DNA from: Bacillus sp. (in: firmicutes)
GTDB lineage: Bacteria; Bacillota; Bacilli; Bacillales; Bacillaceae
NCBI GenBank assembly: GCA_031180405.1
Contig: JAPSLU010000006.1
Coordinates: 336-64,335, forward strand
Length of the DNA: 64,000 nucleotides
Direction: 5' to 3'
Each line of letters begins with the position of its first letter. Positions within the stretch are counted from its first letter, which is position 1. The notes beneath the pieces are model-generated. The model made no database searches. It saw only the letters and a list, made by a program, of their open reading frames with translations, and had not been told where the DNA came from. Shown here piece after piece: positions 45,040-54,987 of the stretch. The position numbers and the translations under genes are program-made.

Positions 45040-46548
45040 ATGAAATTTACTTTCCGATTACTACTTTTTATTACATTAATTGCTTCCATTATCCTAATAA
45101 CGAAAAATTTTTGGGGAGATTGGATTGTTGGTTCTGTCAGTGTGCTGTTTACACTGTCCATTATTTTTATATGTATTGTCATTTTTCTAGAAAACCGACA
45201 TCCTTCACATACAATTACGTGGCTGGTTGTACTCGGAGGTTTTCCATTAGTTGGCTTCTTTTTTTACTTGTTTTTTGGAAGAAATATTAAAAAAAGGCGT
45301 TTGTTTGAAAAAAAAGGACTGCTTGATGAAAAAGCATTTTTAGAAATAGAGGGAAATCAAAATTCTTATCAAGATAAGATAGATCATATGGGAAACCACC
45401 AGCAATTACTCTTTAAACTAGCTCATCGGTTAGGGCATAGTCCCATTTCTTTTGCTACAAAAACAAAAGCATTAACTGATGGCATTGAAACGTTTGAACA
45501 TATTTTTCAAGAGGTGAATAAAGCAAGACATCATATCCATCTTGAGTACTATATTGTCAGAGATGATCAGGTTGGGCAAGAGCTTAAAAATGTCTTAATT
45601 AAAAAGGTAAAAGAGGGTGTAGAGGTTAGATTCCTTTATGATGCTGTTGGGTGTTGGAAATTGTCGAAGGAGTATATAAAGGAGTTGGGGAATGCTGGAG
45701 TAGAAATGGTTCCGTTTTTACCTGTTCGAACCCCCCTTTTAAATAACAAAATTAACTTCCGAAACCATAGAAAGATTATAGTTATAGATGGAGAAGTTGG
45801 CTTTGTTGGCGGCTTGAACGTGGGAGACGAGTATTTAGGTAAGGATTCCTATTTTGGATACTGGCGTGATACACATCTGTTAATTAAAGGTGAGGCAGTA
45901 CGAACTCTACAAATGATTTTCTTGCAGGATTGGTATTATATGACGGATAAAAAGCTTTTAGCACATACGTATTTAATACAAACAAGCTCTTCAGAGGATA
46001 CGGGTGGGGTTCAGTTAATTGCTAGTGGACCTGATAACAAATGGGATGTTATTAAGAACTTATTTTTTTCAATGATTATTTCTGCAAAAGAATCAATCTG
46101 GATTGCATCACCCTATTTTGTTCCTGACGAGGATATCCTAACTGCCTTAAAGGTTGCTGCATTAAGTGGAATTGACGTCAGGCTACTAGTCCCTGAGCGG
46201 CCAGATAAAAAGATTGTTTACTACGCATCAAGATCGTACTTTCCTGAACTATTAGAAGCAGGGGTGAAAGTATATGAATACGAAAAAGGATTTTTACACA
46301 GTAAAATTATTATTGTTGACTATGAGCTTGCTTCAATAGGTACTGCTAATATGGACATGAGAAGCTTTCATTTGAATTTTGAGGTAAATGCATTCCTTTA
46401 TCGAACAGGTAGTACACAAAAGCTCGTTGATGAATATATAAAAGATATTAATCATTCCAGAGAGATCCTTCTTGAACAATTCTCAAAGCGGTCACTTCCT
46501 GTTAAACTTTTTGAATCTGGAGCACGACTTATGTCACCACTCTTGTAA
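45040..46548 (+). CDS. cls: Cardiolipin synthase
   Basis: N-terminal TMs and two HKD motifs (HRKIIVID, HSKIIIVD). Confidence 0.95.
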   Translation: MKFTFRLLLFITLIASIILITKNFWGDWIVGSVSVLFTLSIIFICIVIFLENRHPSHTITWLVVLGGFPLVGFFFYLFFGRNIKKRRLFEKKGLLDEKAFLEIEGNQNSYQDKIDHMGNHQQLLFKLAHRLGHSPISFATKTKALTDGIETFEHIFQEVNKARHHIHLEYYIVRDDQVGQELKNVLIKKVKEGVEVRFLYDAVGCWKLSKEYIKELGNAGVEMVPFLPVRTPLLNNKINFRNHRKIIVIDGEVGFVGGLNVGDEYLGKDSYFGYWRDTHLLIKGEAVRTLQMIFLQDWYYMTDKKLLAHTYLIQTSSSEDTGGVQLIASGPDNKWDVIKNLFFSMIISAKESIWIASPYFVPDEDILTALKVAALSGIDVRLLVPERPDKKIVYYASRSYFPELLEAGVKVYEYEKGFLHSKIIIVDYELASIGTANMDMRSFHLNFEVNAFLYRTGSTQKLVDEYIKDINHSREILLEQFSKRSLPVKLFESGARLMSPLL

Positions 46549-46674
46549 AACATCAGCAACCAAAGGTGAATTTTTTCTCCTTTGGTTGCTTTTTTCATAC
46601 GGAAAGTTAAATTTTAACCATTTGTCATTTCCCTTTCGAATATGGATAATTAAAAGCAAAAAGGAGGGAATGTC

Positions 46675-47862
46675 TTGTTTGTTGGATATGATCGAGAAGG
46701 GAAAACGATAAATGTTGCTGAAAAAAAATGGTCAAGACAGAGGTTGCTGAAGCTAAGAGAGGAAACAGATTTTATCTGTCCTACTTGCAATTGCGAATTA
46801 GAACTGAGAATTGGGACAATCATCTCAGCACATTTTGCACATAAAAAGTTTACAAAATGTCCGACTATAAAAGGAAGCCTTGAAAGTGACTATCATATGA
46901 AGGGAAAACTTGATTTGTATCATTGGTTTCAACGCCAAGAAGGTATTTCTTCAGTAAAACTAGAATCTTATCTCCAAGAAACGAAGCAACGTCCTGATCT
47001 TCTAATTGAGTATAATCAAAAAAGAATAGCAGTTGAATACCAATGTTCAACGATTGATGCAAGGATACTAAAGAAGAGATCTTCTCTATATGATCAAGTT
47101 GGGGTTCACTATTTATGGATTCTGGGTGCAAAGTCTTTAAATAGAATTGGTGCCATGTCATTTAACCTTTCTCCCTTTCAATGGAAGTTTACTATATATA
47201 AAGAGAGTACCCCGCCCTATATGTATTCATACTGCTCTGAAACAAAATCAATGATCGTTATACACAATATGATCCCATTTTCATCACGTTATGTTATTGC
47301 TGAGCTTAAACAATATCCCCTTCAAACAGCTTCTCTTCAACAAGTTTTGACTCCACCTTATTGTAATAAAAGAATTCTGTTTAGAGAGTGGTTTCAAAAG
47401 GTAAGAAAATTCCGTCTCAGTCCTCAACTATTTAATACAAAACAAATATCCAAATTTCATCAGTATCTTTATCAAACAAAACACCTACCACTATCTTATT
47501 TACCTACATATGCATTTTTGCCTTTAGCTGAAAATTATCTTTTTGACTCACCTGCTTATGTGTGGCAAGGGTGGATCTTTATATTTATTGATCGAATGCC
47601 TCTAAATGTATCTTTTAAGTTCCAAGAAGTTTGGGATGATTTTTCAATGAAGGTGAAGGATGGGGTAGTTTCCATTAGGTCCACAATAAATAAAAATGAT
47701 GTCTCTTATACCTCTGCTATTTATTCGTACTTAATGAAGCTATCAGAGTTGTCGGTTATTGTGGAAGAAAATAATCAATTTAAGAAGGAAAAGCCTATTA
47801 TCTGGTTTGAACATATAGATGAGTTATTAAATAATGATTTGAAAGTCAGTCATTTGCTATAA
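46675..47862 (+). CDS. coiA: Competence protein CoiA
   Basis: CPTC, HFAH, ES..H..GK, QRPDL, AVEYQCS; synteny mecA-coiA-pepF. Confidence 0.92.
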   Translation: MFVGYDREGKTINVAEKKWSRQRLLKLREETDFICPTCNCELELRIGTIISAHFAHKKFTKCPTIKGSLESDYHMKGKLDLYHWFQRQEGISSVKLESYLQETKQRPDLLIEYNQKRIAVEYQCSTIDARILKKRSSLYDQVGVHYLWILGAKSLNRIGAMSFNLSPFQWKFTIYKESTPPYMYSYCSETKSMIVIHNMIPFSSRYVIAELKQYPLQTASLQQVLTPPYCNKRILFREWFQKVRKFRLSPQLFNTKQISKFHQYLYQTKHLPLSYLPTYAFLPLAENYLFDSPAYVWQGWIFIFIDRMPLNVSFKFQEVWDDFSMKVKDGVVSIRSTINKNDVSYTSAIYSYLMKLSELSVIVEENNQFKKEKPIIWFEHIDELLNNDLKVSHLL

Positions 47863-47945
47863 ATTTTAAATGATTGCCCTACATGTATAGCAATTTATTT
47901 TTAGAACAAATTAAAAGGGAGATATTAACATAAAGAGGTGAACAT

Positions 47946-48119
47946 ATGTTTAATATGAAAAGAAAAAATAACTCAGCTTTATTCATGGCTTCTATGTTAA
48001 GTGTTGGTGCAGCTACTTTCTATTTGACAAAAGAAGCTATGCGGGCTCAAGATAGAGATAGTAAGGCGCCATCATATCCAACAGAAAATCCTTTCGACTA
48101 TGTTAGGGATGAGTTTTAA
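47946..48119 (+). CDS. Unannotated 57-aa protein with one hydrophobic segment
   Basis: MFNMKRKNNSALFMASMLSVGAATFYLTKEAMRAQDRDSKAPSYPTENPFDYVRDEF*; RBS AGAGGTG upstream. Confidence 0.65.
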   Translation: MFNMKRKNNSALFMASMLSVGAATFYLTKEAMRAQDRDSKAPSYPTENPFDYVRDEF

Positions 48120-48157
48120 TTGGCTCAAGCGGAGAAATATCTTCGGGAGGGTTGGAT

Positions 48158-50089
48158 ATGAGCAAGAAAAAACTATTTTCCATTATGGCTGCCTTCACAC
48201 TTATAAGCTCAATGAATACAAGCTCCGCATTAGCTATTAACTTAAAAGGGGGAAATGATATGTCAGAACAAACAGCAGCGGTAAAAAAGTTACCTTCTAG
48301 AAGTGACATCAAGGCAGAAGATACATGGAGATTAGAAGATATCTTTTCCACAGATGATGCTTGGGAGAAAGAGTATGAAGAAGTACAAAAAGCTCTGCCG
48401 AAATTAGCTGATTTCAAAGGAAAGCTTGGTGATAATGCGGCTACTCTTTACGAAGCCCTTTCTTATCAGGATGAAGTGATGGAACGATTAGGCAAGTTAT
48501 ATACATATGCACACATGAGATATGATCAAGATACAACAAATTCGAAATATCAAGCATTGAACGATCGAGCGAGAAATCTATACACACAAGCATCAAGCAT
48601 AAGCTCCTATATCGTACCGGAAATTCTCTCTATTGACGAAGCGAAAATAAAGCAGTTTTTAGGAGAGAAAGAAGAGCTTAAGCTATATGAGCATGCTTTA
48701 GACGAAATTAACCGCCAACGTCCGCACGTATTATCTGCTGAGAAGGAAGAATTGCTAGCGGAAGCTTCAGAAGTGTTAGATACCTCAAGTAATACGTTCG
48801 GAATGCTTAATAATGCAGACTTAACTTTCCCAACAATTAAGGATGAAAATGGAGAAGAGGTTGAAATCACACATGGCCGTTATATCCGTTTTCTAGAAAG
48901 CGAAGACCGTAGAGTACGTGAGGAGGCATTTAAGGCAGTATATCAAAAATACGGTGAGTTTAAAAACACGTTCGCTAGCACATTAAGTGGAACCGTTAAA
49001 AAAGATAATTTTAGTGCCAAGGTAAGAAACTATGAATCAGCTAGACATGCAGCACTAAGCAGTGACAATATACCTGAAGCAGTGTATGAAAATCTAATTA
49101 GCACAGTGCATGATCATTTAGATTTACTTCAACGTTATGTTAAACTCCGTAAAGAAGTGTTAAAGCTTGATGAAGTTCACATGTATGATTTATACACTCC
49201 ACTTATTAAAGATGTCAAAATGGAAGTTAGCTATGATGAGGCAAAGGATTATATCCTTAAAGGTCTTGAGCCACTAGGAGAAGACTATATTTCCATTTTG
49301 GAAGAGGGTTTCGAGAATCGTTGGGTAGATGTTCATGAGAATAAAGGTAAACGAAGTGGTGCCTACTCATCTGGTACGTATGGAACAAACCCTTATATTT
49401 TGATGAACTGGCAAGACAATGTGAACAATCTATTTACTCTTGCACATGAATTTGGACATTCTGTACACAGCTACTATACGCGCAAGACTCAGCCATATCC
49501 ATACGGGAATTACTCGATTTTCGTAGCAGAAGTAGCATCAACCTGTAATGAGGCGCTTCTAAATCATTATTTATTAAATACAATTGATGATGAAAAGAAG
49601 CGTTTATATTTACTAAACCATTTCCTAGAAGGATTTAGAGGGACAGTTTTCCGTCAAACAATGTTTGCTGAATTTGAACATATCATTCATCAAAAAGCAC
49701 AAGCTGGAGAACCGTTAACTCCTGAATTATTAACAAAAACATATTATGATTTAAATAAAAAATATTTTGGTGAAGATATTGTGGTTGATGAAGAAATTGG
49801 GTTAGAGTGGGCGAGAATTCCTCATTTCTATTACAATTACTATGTGTATCAATATGCTACAGGCTATAGTGCAGCAACAGCATTAAGCAATCAAATTCTT
49901 GAGGAAGGTCAGCCTGCTGTTGATCGTTATTTAGAGTTCTTAAAAGCAGGAAGCTCAGATTATCCAATTGAAGTGCTTAAAAAAGCTGGTGTAGACATGA
50001 CATCTTCGGCACCAATTGAAGAAGCGTGCAAAGTGTTTGAAGAGAAGTTAAATGAGATGGAAGAGCTTTTAGCCAAAGTAAATAACTAG
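48158..50089 (+). CDS. pepF: Oligoendopeptidase F (M3B) with two candidate starts (48158 signal-peptide form, 48260 cytosolic form)
   Basis: TWRLEDIF, KGKRSGAYS, HEFGHSVH, AEVAS, WARIPHFY. Confidence 0.96.
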   Translation: MSKKKLFSIMAAFTLISSMNTSSALAINLKGGNDMSEQTAAVKKLPSRSDIKAEDTWRLEDIFSTDDAWEKEYEEVQKALPKLADFKGKLGDNAATLYEALSYQDEVMERLGKLYTYAHMRYDQDTTNSKYQALNDRARNLYTQASSISSYIVPEILSIDEAKIKQFLGEKEELKLYEHALDEINRQRPHVLSAEKEELLAEASEVLDTSSNTFGMLNNADLTFPTIKDENGEEVEITHGRYIRFLESEDRRVREEAFKAVYQKYGEFKNTFASTLSGTVKKDNFSAKVRNYESARHAALSSDNIPEAVYENLISTVHDHLDLLQRYVKLRKEVLKLDEVHMYDLYTPLIKDVKMEVSYDEAKDYILKGLEPLGEDYISILEEGFENRWVDVHENKGKRSGAYSSGTYGTNPYILMNWQDNVNNLFTLAHEFGHSVHSYYTRKTQPYPYGNYSIFVAEVASTCNEALLNHYLLNTIDDEKKRLYLLNHFLEGFRGTVFRQTMFAEFEHIIHQKAQAGEPLTPELLTKTYYDLNKKYFGEDIVVDEEIGLEWARIPHFYYNYYVYQYATGYSAATALSNQILEEGQPAVDRYLEFLKAGSSDYPIEVLKKAGVDMTSSAPIEEACKVFEEKLNEMEELLAKVNN

Positions 50090-50199
50090 TAAAAAGGAAT
50101 GTGCATGCAGTAAGCAGCACATTCCTCAGGCTGTAGACAAACTAATTGAAATTGAGTTTGTTTACAGTCTTTTTTGCTTTGTAATAAGTGTTGAGATGG

Positions 50200-50328
50200 T
50201 TGATTTGAGCTCCAGGATGCTCGCTTTCCGTGGGGTGAGCGGTGAGCCTCCTCAACGCTTTGCGTCTGCGGGGTCTCACCTGTCCCACAGCTCCCACAGG
50301 AGTCTCGCACCTTCCGCTCCAATCAACC
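50200..50328 (-). repeat. Bacillaceae-1-like structured repeat nested in the IS
   Basis: Minus strand GTTGATTGGAGCGGAAGGTGCGAGACTCCTGTGGGAGC..GGGACAGGTGAGACCCCGCAG..GAGGAGGCTCACC..CGGAAAGCGAGC..AAATCAAC; family name recalled, not searched. Confidence 0.75.
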
Positions 50329-50437
50329 TACTTAGTTTTTAAAAAGTACTGTAAAGAACTAATTTCACCTATAATTGAATTTAAAACAACAACGCTTTGC
50401 TTTAAAGTGTAATTAAGAAAATCTTGAGGTGATTACA

Positions 50438-50990
50438 ATGCTTTCTAAACATAATTCCATTCAAAGAGATCAAATTGAAATGATTGCTTTAGATCAACTT
50501 ATACCAGTGAAACAATTACAAAGTACTTAATAGAAAACGATATTATCCCAGCAGTACCTTACACAAGACTGCTGAAGAAGGGTTTTTTTCGTAAACATGA
50601 ATATGTTACGATGAACACTATGATTGTTACATATGTCCGGCTGGTGAAATCTTAAAATACTCTACAACGACTAAAAGGGATACCGAGAGTACAAATCTTA
50701 GAAGCATATTTGCGCAACCTGTCCATTTTTTAGCTCAATGTAAAGATCGTAAAGATTATCAAAAAGTGGTGACACCCCATATTTGGCAAGAATATGTTGA
50801 AGAAGCAGATCACCTCCGTCATCATAAGGATGTAAAACCAATTTATGCAAAACGGAAAGAAACAGATGCTAAAGAAAAGCATGGTATGCGATGGACAATT
50901 TTGAGAGGACTCAAAAAATTGACCATGCAGGCAATGCTTACTTTTGCTGCCCATAAATTTAAAGAAAATGGCCTCTTGGACTTGGAAAGG
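50438..50990 (+). pseudogene. IS1182-family transposase remnant (large internal deletion, frameshifts)
   Basis: RBS GAGGTG + MLSKHNSIQRDQIEMIALDQLIP, then jumps to C-terminal fragments PAVPYTR, FFRKHEY, YICPAGEILKYSTT, YAKRKET..DAKEKHGMRW..LRGLKK. Confidence 0.85.
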
Positions 50991-51490
50991 TCCAGTGACA
51001 GTCTAATAAGACTCGGAGAGGCTGATTCGTGTAATATTTGAATGAAATGGTCAAAAATTTCAAAAGGGGTTCGGAATGTTTTGCATTACGAATCCCTTTT
51101 GTCGACAATCTGAGGAATGTGCATTAGGCAGCACATTCCTTTTCAAAATCCTCTAAATGTTTTACGGTGGTTAATAAAATAGAGTGTAAGGAAAATTGCG
51201 ATAAATAATAGCGGAGATGTAATATAAAGTGGAATTAGGTTCATAAAACCTAACATATTCACAAAAAATAGCCCGATTGTCACAAAGGCAAGCAATATGA
51301 GCCATCTAAGCTTCACGACACATCACCCTTTATGTAGTTTCTTACTATTTATTGTATATGTTCTAATTCGAATATTTATCCATACAAAATGAGACAGGTA
51401 GTTGGCGATAGCTTCCTTTATGTCGTTAAATCTTTTAAGCGTTTACACCAAATTTTAATGTGAATTTTTTGTGAAAAGGGGCAATCTTAC

Positions 51491-51543
51491 TTGTCAAAAG
51501 TCGACACATTTTGATATATTATAGATGTGAAATTAATCACAAA
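51491..51543 (+). promoter_or_regulatory. roxS promoter with Rex-like operator
   Basis: TTGTCA...TATATT; TGTGAAATTAATCACA over the start resembles the Rex box TTGTGAA-N4-TTCACAA. Confidence 0.7.
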
Positions 51544-51650
51544 CAAACATTTACCCCTTTGTTTGACCGTGAAAAATTTCTCCCATCCCCTTTGTTGTCG
51601 TTAAGACATATAAAAAAGACCCTTTACATTTGTAATGGGTCTTTTTGTTT
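51527..51650 (+). ncRNA. roxS: RoxS / RsaE small RNA
   Basis: GTGAAATTAATCACAAACAAACATTTACCCCTTTGTTTGACCGTGAAAAATTTCTCCCATCCCCTTTGTTG (C-rich motifs), terminator AAGACCC/GGGTCTT; lies between pepF and yjbH. Confidence 0.93.
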
Positions 51651-51762
51651 TGCTTAGTAATGCATAATAAAATTCTTAGGCGTGTATAAGTTCTCGACAA
51701 GAGGCTAATCAAGGCACTTGCGCTTTTGTTCATAATAAAAAGGAATGACACGTGTCATTCCT

Positions 51763-52647
51763 TCACTTAGCTCCAATATACCTCCAAAAAGTTCCGTGCT
51801 TTGCCGCTACTTTTTCAACTTTTTGAGAAAGGGTTAATTTTTTTAATTCTTTTTCAACTTCAGTCATTGTCATGTTATAAACAGTTGCGATTTCGGCTGA
51901 TGCAACAAATTGATAATGCTGTATGAAAACCTCTAATGGCGGTGTGTGTGAAGGTTTTATCACGTCACCAACCATTTCTTCTAGCACTTGTACATACATA
52001 TCATAGGAATATATGCCTGTAATCTTTAGGCCTTCTTGCTCAACCTCTTCACTGAAGAAGGCAAGCGTTGGAATTTCTTGAATGTCCATTTCAGATGTGA
52101 TTTTCAGATCGCATTGAAGTGCTTTTGCAGCACTTTCAGAGTGAAGATCTTTGCGGAATTCAGATACATCTAGTCCTACGTTTTTAGCTATATCTACTAA
52201 GATCTCTATATCCGAGACGTTTTGACTTTCAATAAACAAGTGCTCCTGTAACTTTCTTAAATAACGAAGTCCTGCTTTTCTCCCTTGTAGTTCCGCTGAT
52301 TTTATCGCGAGGGACGCTGTGTATGGGGTAGATAATGGATTTTCTAACCATACGTTTCCATCACATGACATGCCTGTGCGACAAGCCGTTTTCTCCCACG
52401 CTTGGGCAAGTTTTTCAGGGGTTTTTCTCTTTGTAATATTTAATGTTGCAAGGCGTCCACTAATGATATACTTCAGCGTAAAGAGCCGACCATATTCAAT
52501 TTGTAGCTTTTTTATGATCGGTTCTAATGCCCAGCATTCCGGGCATAGTGGATCGACAAACATATAGATTTCAAGTGGCTTATCAGGATGCCCACTACAA
52601 TGGGAGAAAAAGAGAGAGACGTCCTTCTTCTCATGCTGTTCCATCAT
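51763..52647 (-). CDS. yjbH: ClpXP adaptor YjbH/SpxH (DsbA-like)
   Basis: [35 protein letters not shown]; start ATG 52647 is inferred. Confidence 0.93.
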   Translation of the reverse strand: MMEQHEKKDVSLFFSHCSGHPDKPLEIYMFVDPLCPECWALEPIIKKLQIEYGRLFTLKYIISGRLATLNITKRKTPEKLAQAWEKTACRTGMSCDGNVWLENPLSTPYTASLAIKSAELQGRKAGLRYLRKLQEHLFIESQNVSDIEILVDIAKNVGLDVSEFRKDLHSESAAKALQCDLKITSEMDIQEIPTLAFFSEEVEQEGLKITGIYSYDMYVQVLEEMVGDVIKPSHTPPLEVFIQHYQFVASAEIATVYNMTMTEVEKELKKLTLSQKVEKVAAKHGTFWRYIGAK

Positions 52648-53065
52648 TGTTTGTGCCTTCTTTCTGAATGTTGCTTTCATCTTCACTACCTGCTGTGTTG
52701 ACCATATGTTGGGCAGTAAGCTTTAAACGATGGAGAAGGAAATCCTTAACCTCTCCCTTTAAACCAACTTCACTCATAGCGGCCTCCATGCAGTTGATCC
52801 AAGCTACTGCTCTTGCAGGGGTAATTTCAAAAGGGAGGTGTCTAGCTCTTAACATAGGATGACCGTGTTCTTCCGTATAAGCTTGAGGACCACCTAAATA
52901 CTGTGTTAAAAATTGCTTTTGTTTACGTGCTGTTTCCGTTAGGTCATCGGGAAATATAGGAGACAATAGTGGATGTTTTTCTACGTTTGTATAAAAGGTA
53001 TCAACAAGCTGCGAAAGAGTATCTTCTCCAATCGCCTCATAAGGTGTTAAATGTTGATTCGTCAT
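52631..53065 (-). CDS. yjbI: Group II truncated hemoglobin
   Basis: [29 protein letters not shown]. Confidence 0.95.
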   Translation of the reverse strand: MTNQHLTPYEAIGEDTLSQLVDTFYTNVEKHPLLSPIFPDDLTETARKQKQFLTQYLGGPQAYTEEHGHPMLRARHLPFEITPARAVAWINCMEAAMSEVGLKGEVKDFLLHRLKLTAQHMVNTAGSEDESNIQKEGTNNDGTA

Positions 53066-53355
53066 GTTGATTTCTCCTTTTCGGTGTGCTGGTTAACTTT
53101 AAAAATTCAATTGTTCATTTATAACTAAAATAAATGTTAAAATTGCTTTGTCAAAAGAAGTAATTTGTTTTTCTATGTAAGTTCATTTTAACAAGCGTTC
53201 TCTTATATCTCAAACAAAGCGCTCGCGAATGTGATATTTACCATTATTGTATGTGGAAGGGAATTTAGTATGTACGAATGTTTAGTCCATTAGTTGTTAA
53301 AAAGTTAGGTTAATATAGCCATAGGTAAAAGAACATCACTTATTTTTAGTAATCT

Positions 53356-53504
53356 CAGACTATTGACAAACTAACGCCTTCTTCGTTACTAGGTAACGCC
53401 TAGCGTTACTTGGTAACTCCGCTCCTTACAAGGCTTCGTGCCTCGAAAGGCCAAGCGTTAGCAATCAGCTTTAGTGGTGTGAAATTTCATTTGTCTACAG
53501 ATTA
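53356..53504. mobile_element. ~150-bp MITE with IS1182-type ends at the cwlQ terminator
   Basis: CAGACTATTGACAAA / TTTGTCTACAGATTA; flanks AGAACATCACTTATTTTTAGTAATCT vs AGACCATCACTTGTTCTGATGGTCT. Confidence 0.65.
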
Positions 53505-53543
53505 AGACCATCACTTGTTCTGATGGTCTTTACTAAAAAATTT

Positions 53544-54188
53544 TTACACTTGATATGTCGAAGTGATTTTTCGTACATAGTTTTGTGTTTCTTTAAATGG
53601 AGGGATTCCTCCATATTTATCCACATTACCAGGTCCGGCGTTGTATGCTGCTAGAGCGAGTGAAACATCTCCGTTATATTTTGATAACATTTGCTTTAAA
53701 TATTTTGTTCCTCCTTCAACATTTTCGCCTGCATCAAAAGGATTGTTGACACCGAGTGAACGGGCGGTTGCTGGCATCAACTGCATAAGTCCCATTGCCC
53801 CAGCATGGCTTTTCGCAGAAGGATTAAATCCAGATTCTTGTTTAATGACAGCACGAATTAGCTTTTCATCCACACCATACTTATCAGCTGCCTTTGTAAT
53901 AATATCGTCAATACTATCAGACTGAACAGGAGCATCGGTTTGACTAAAAGATGTTACGTGTCCGAAACCTGGAGAGTTTGGTATCATTCTGGGTAGAGAA
54001 GACAGGACAGTTGTTGTACTTGTTGTAACAGCTTTATTATTTCCAGCTGTTGAACTAATAAATGATTTTAATAAATCTTGAAAATTGGTTTCAAAGGTTG
54101 AATCAATTGATTTATTTGGTGATTGATTAAAGCTTTGAAGGGCCGAAAGTTCAAGCATAGTTTTATAATATTTCATTTTAATATCCAA
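53544..54188 (-). CDS. cwlQ: SLT-domain lytic transglycosylase (CwlQ/YjbJ)
   Basis: [32 protein letters not shown]. Confidence 0.9.
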   Translation of the reverse strand: MDIKMKYYKTMLELSALQSFNQSPNKSIDSTFETNFQDLLKSFISSTAGNNKAVTTSTTTVLSSLPRMIPNSPGFGHVTSFSQTDAPVQSDSIDDIITKAADKYGVDEKLIRAVIKQESGFNPSAKSHAGAMGLMQLMPATARSLGVNNPFDAGENVEGGTKYLKQMLSKYNGDVSLALAAYNAGPGNVDKYGGIPPFKETQNYVRKITSTYQV

Positions 54189-54193
54189 AACTC

Positions 54194-54778
54194 TTACCTC
54201 ATCTCGCTATATTTTCGTTCATAAAAGCGACGAATTTTATTTTTTGTCTCGCGAATTGGAATGTTAAGTTCAGTTAAAAGTTTATGAAAATCCTTTTTTC
54301 CTTCATCTTCATCTGTTACTTCAAATTCAAGTTCATAGTCCTCTACATTTAGATATCGGCTGTGGTCAATAACAAGTAAACCACTTTCGATCCTTTTTTC
54401 TGCACGTAATGTAGATAATGTTCCGAAATATGACATATCTTTTATTTCAATGCCTAAATGTGAAAGTCTTTCTGTAACTTGTCCCTTTTCAAGGTTTCCT
54501 GTTTTCAACATGTTGTGAGCTTTTTCTTCTGTGAGAATCTGATGTGTCTCAAGGAGCCCGACATCAGCGGGTTCTTTTAACGTCATAACGTATTGATCCT
54601 GCTTTTTTCTAATTCTCAAAGCAGCACCTAGTTCTTTTAATGAGAATTGTTGTGTATCAAAGTAATGGTTTTCTTGTAGAAAAAATTGAGCATCGTTAAT
54701 GTTGAAGGTTTCTTTTATTTTTAAAAACTCATCTTTCGTTAATAAGTTTTTAAATTCAATTTCAATCTCTTGTGACAT
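54194..54778 (-). CDS. yjbK: CYTH-domain protein
   Basis: [25 protein letters not shown]. Confidence 0.92.
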   Translation of the reverse strand: MSQEIEIEFKNLLTKDEFLKIKETFNINDAQFFLQENHYFDTQQFSLKELGAALRIRKKQDQYVMTLKEPADVGLLETHQILTEEKAHNMLKTGNLEKGQVTERLSHLGIEIKDMSYFGTLSTLRAEKRIESGLLVIDHSRYLNVEDYELEFEVTDEDEGKKDFHKLLTELNIPIRETKNKIRRFYERKYSEMR

Positions 54779-54817
54779 ATATGTTAGACCTCACTAATAA
54801 AATTAATTTTCCAATAA

Positions 54818-54900
54818 GCTTTCTCTACATGCCTCGCTCTATCTCAAACGAAGTGCTCCAGCATATGCAGATGAACGGGCGCCTTCCGCTTTTATTTATT
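54818..54900. repeat. 3' fragment of the TTTATT-flanked hairpin repeat
   Basis: TATCTCAAACGAAGTGCTCCAG..CGGGCGCCTTCCGCTTTTA-TTTATT matches the 3' part of the 11796 copy. Confidence 0.65.
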
Positions 54901-54987
54901 ATCTCTCGAATTTAAATAGTCCGCAATGTTATCAAGTGACTTTTTAATATGGTAAAATAATCTTGATTGTTATGGAAGGAGATTTAT

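Larger units (their letters stand above)
50127..51112 (+). mobile_element. Degenerate IS1182-family element inserted at the pepF terminator
   Basis: TIRs CAGGCTGTAGACAAA / TTTGTCGACAATCTG; terminator hairpin present on both sides (50095-50126, 51113-51140); transposase fragments inside. Confidence 0.85.

Noticed and set aside
50086-50322. 78-aa minus-strand ORF (MERKVRDSCGSCGTGETPQ..)
   Set aside because: Spurious translation of the Bacillaceae-1-like repeat.
50766-51041. 91-aa ORF as an intact gene
   Set aside because: It is a fragment of the broken IS1182 transposase.
51551-51751. 66-aa ORF antisense to roxS
   Set aside because: Overlaps a well-recognised sRNA and its terminator; no RBS.
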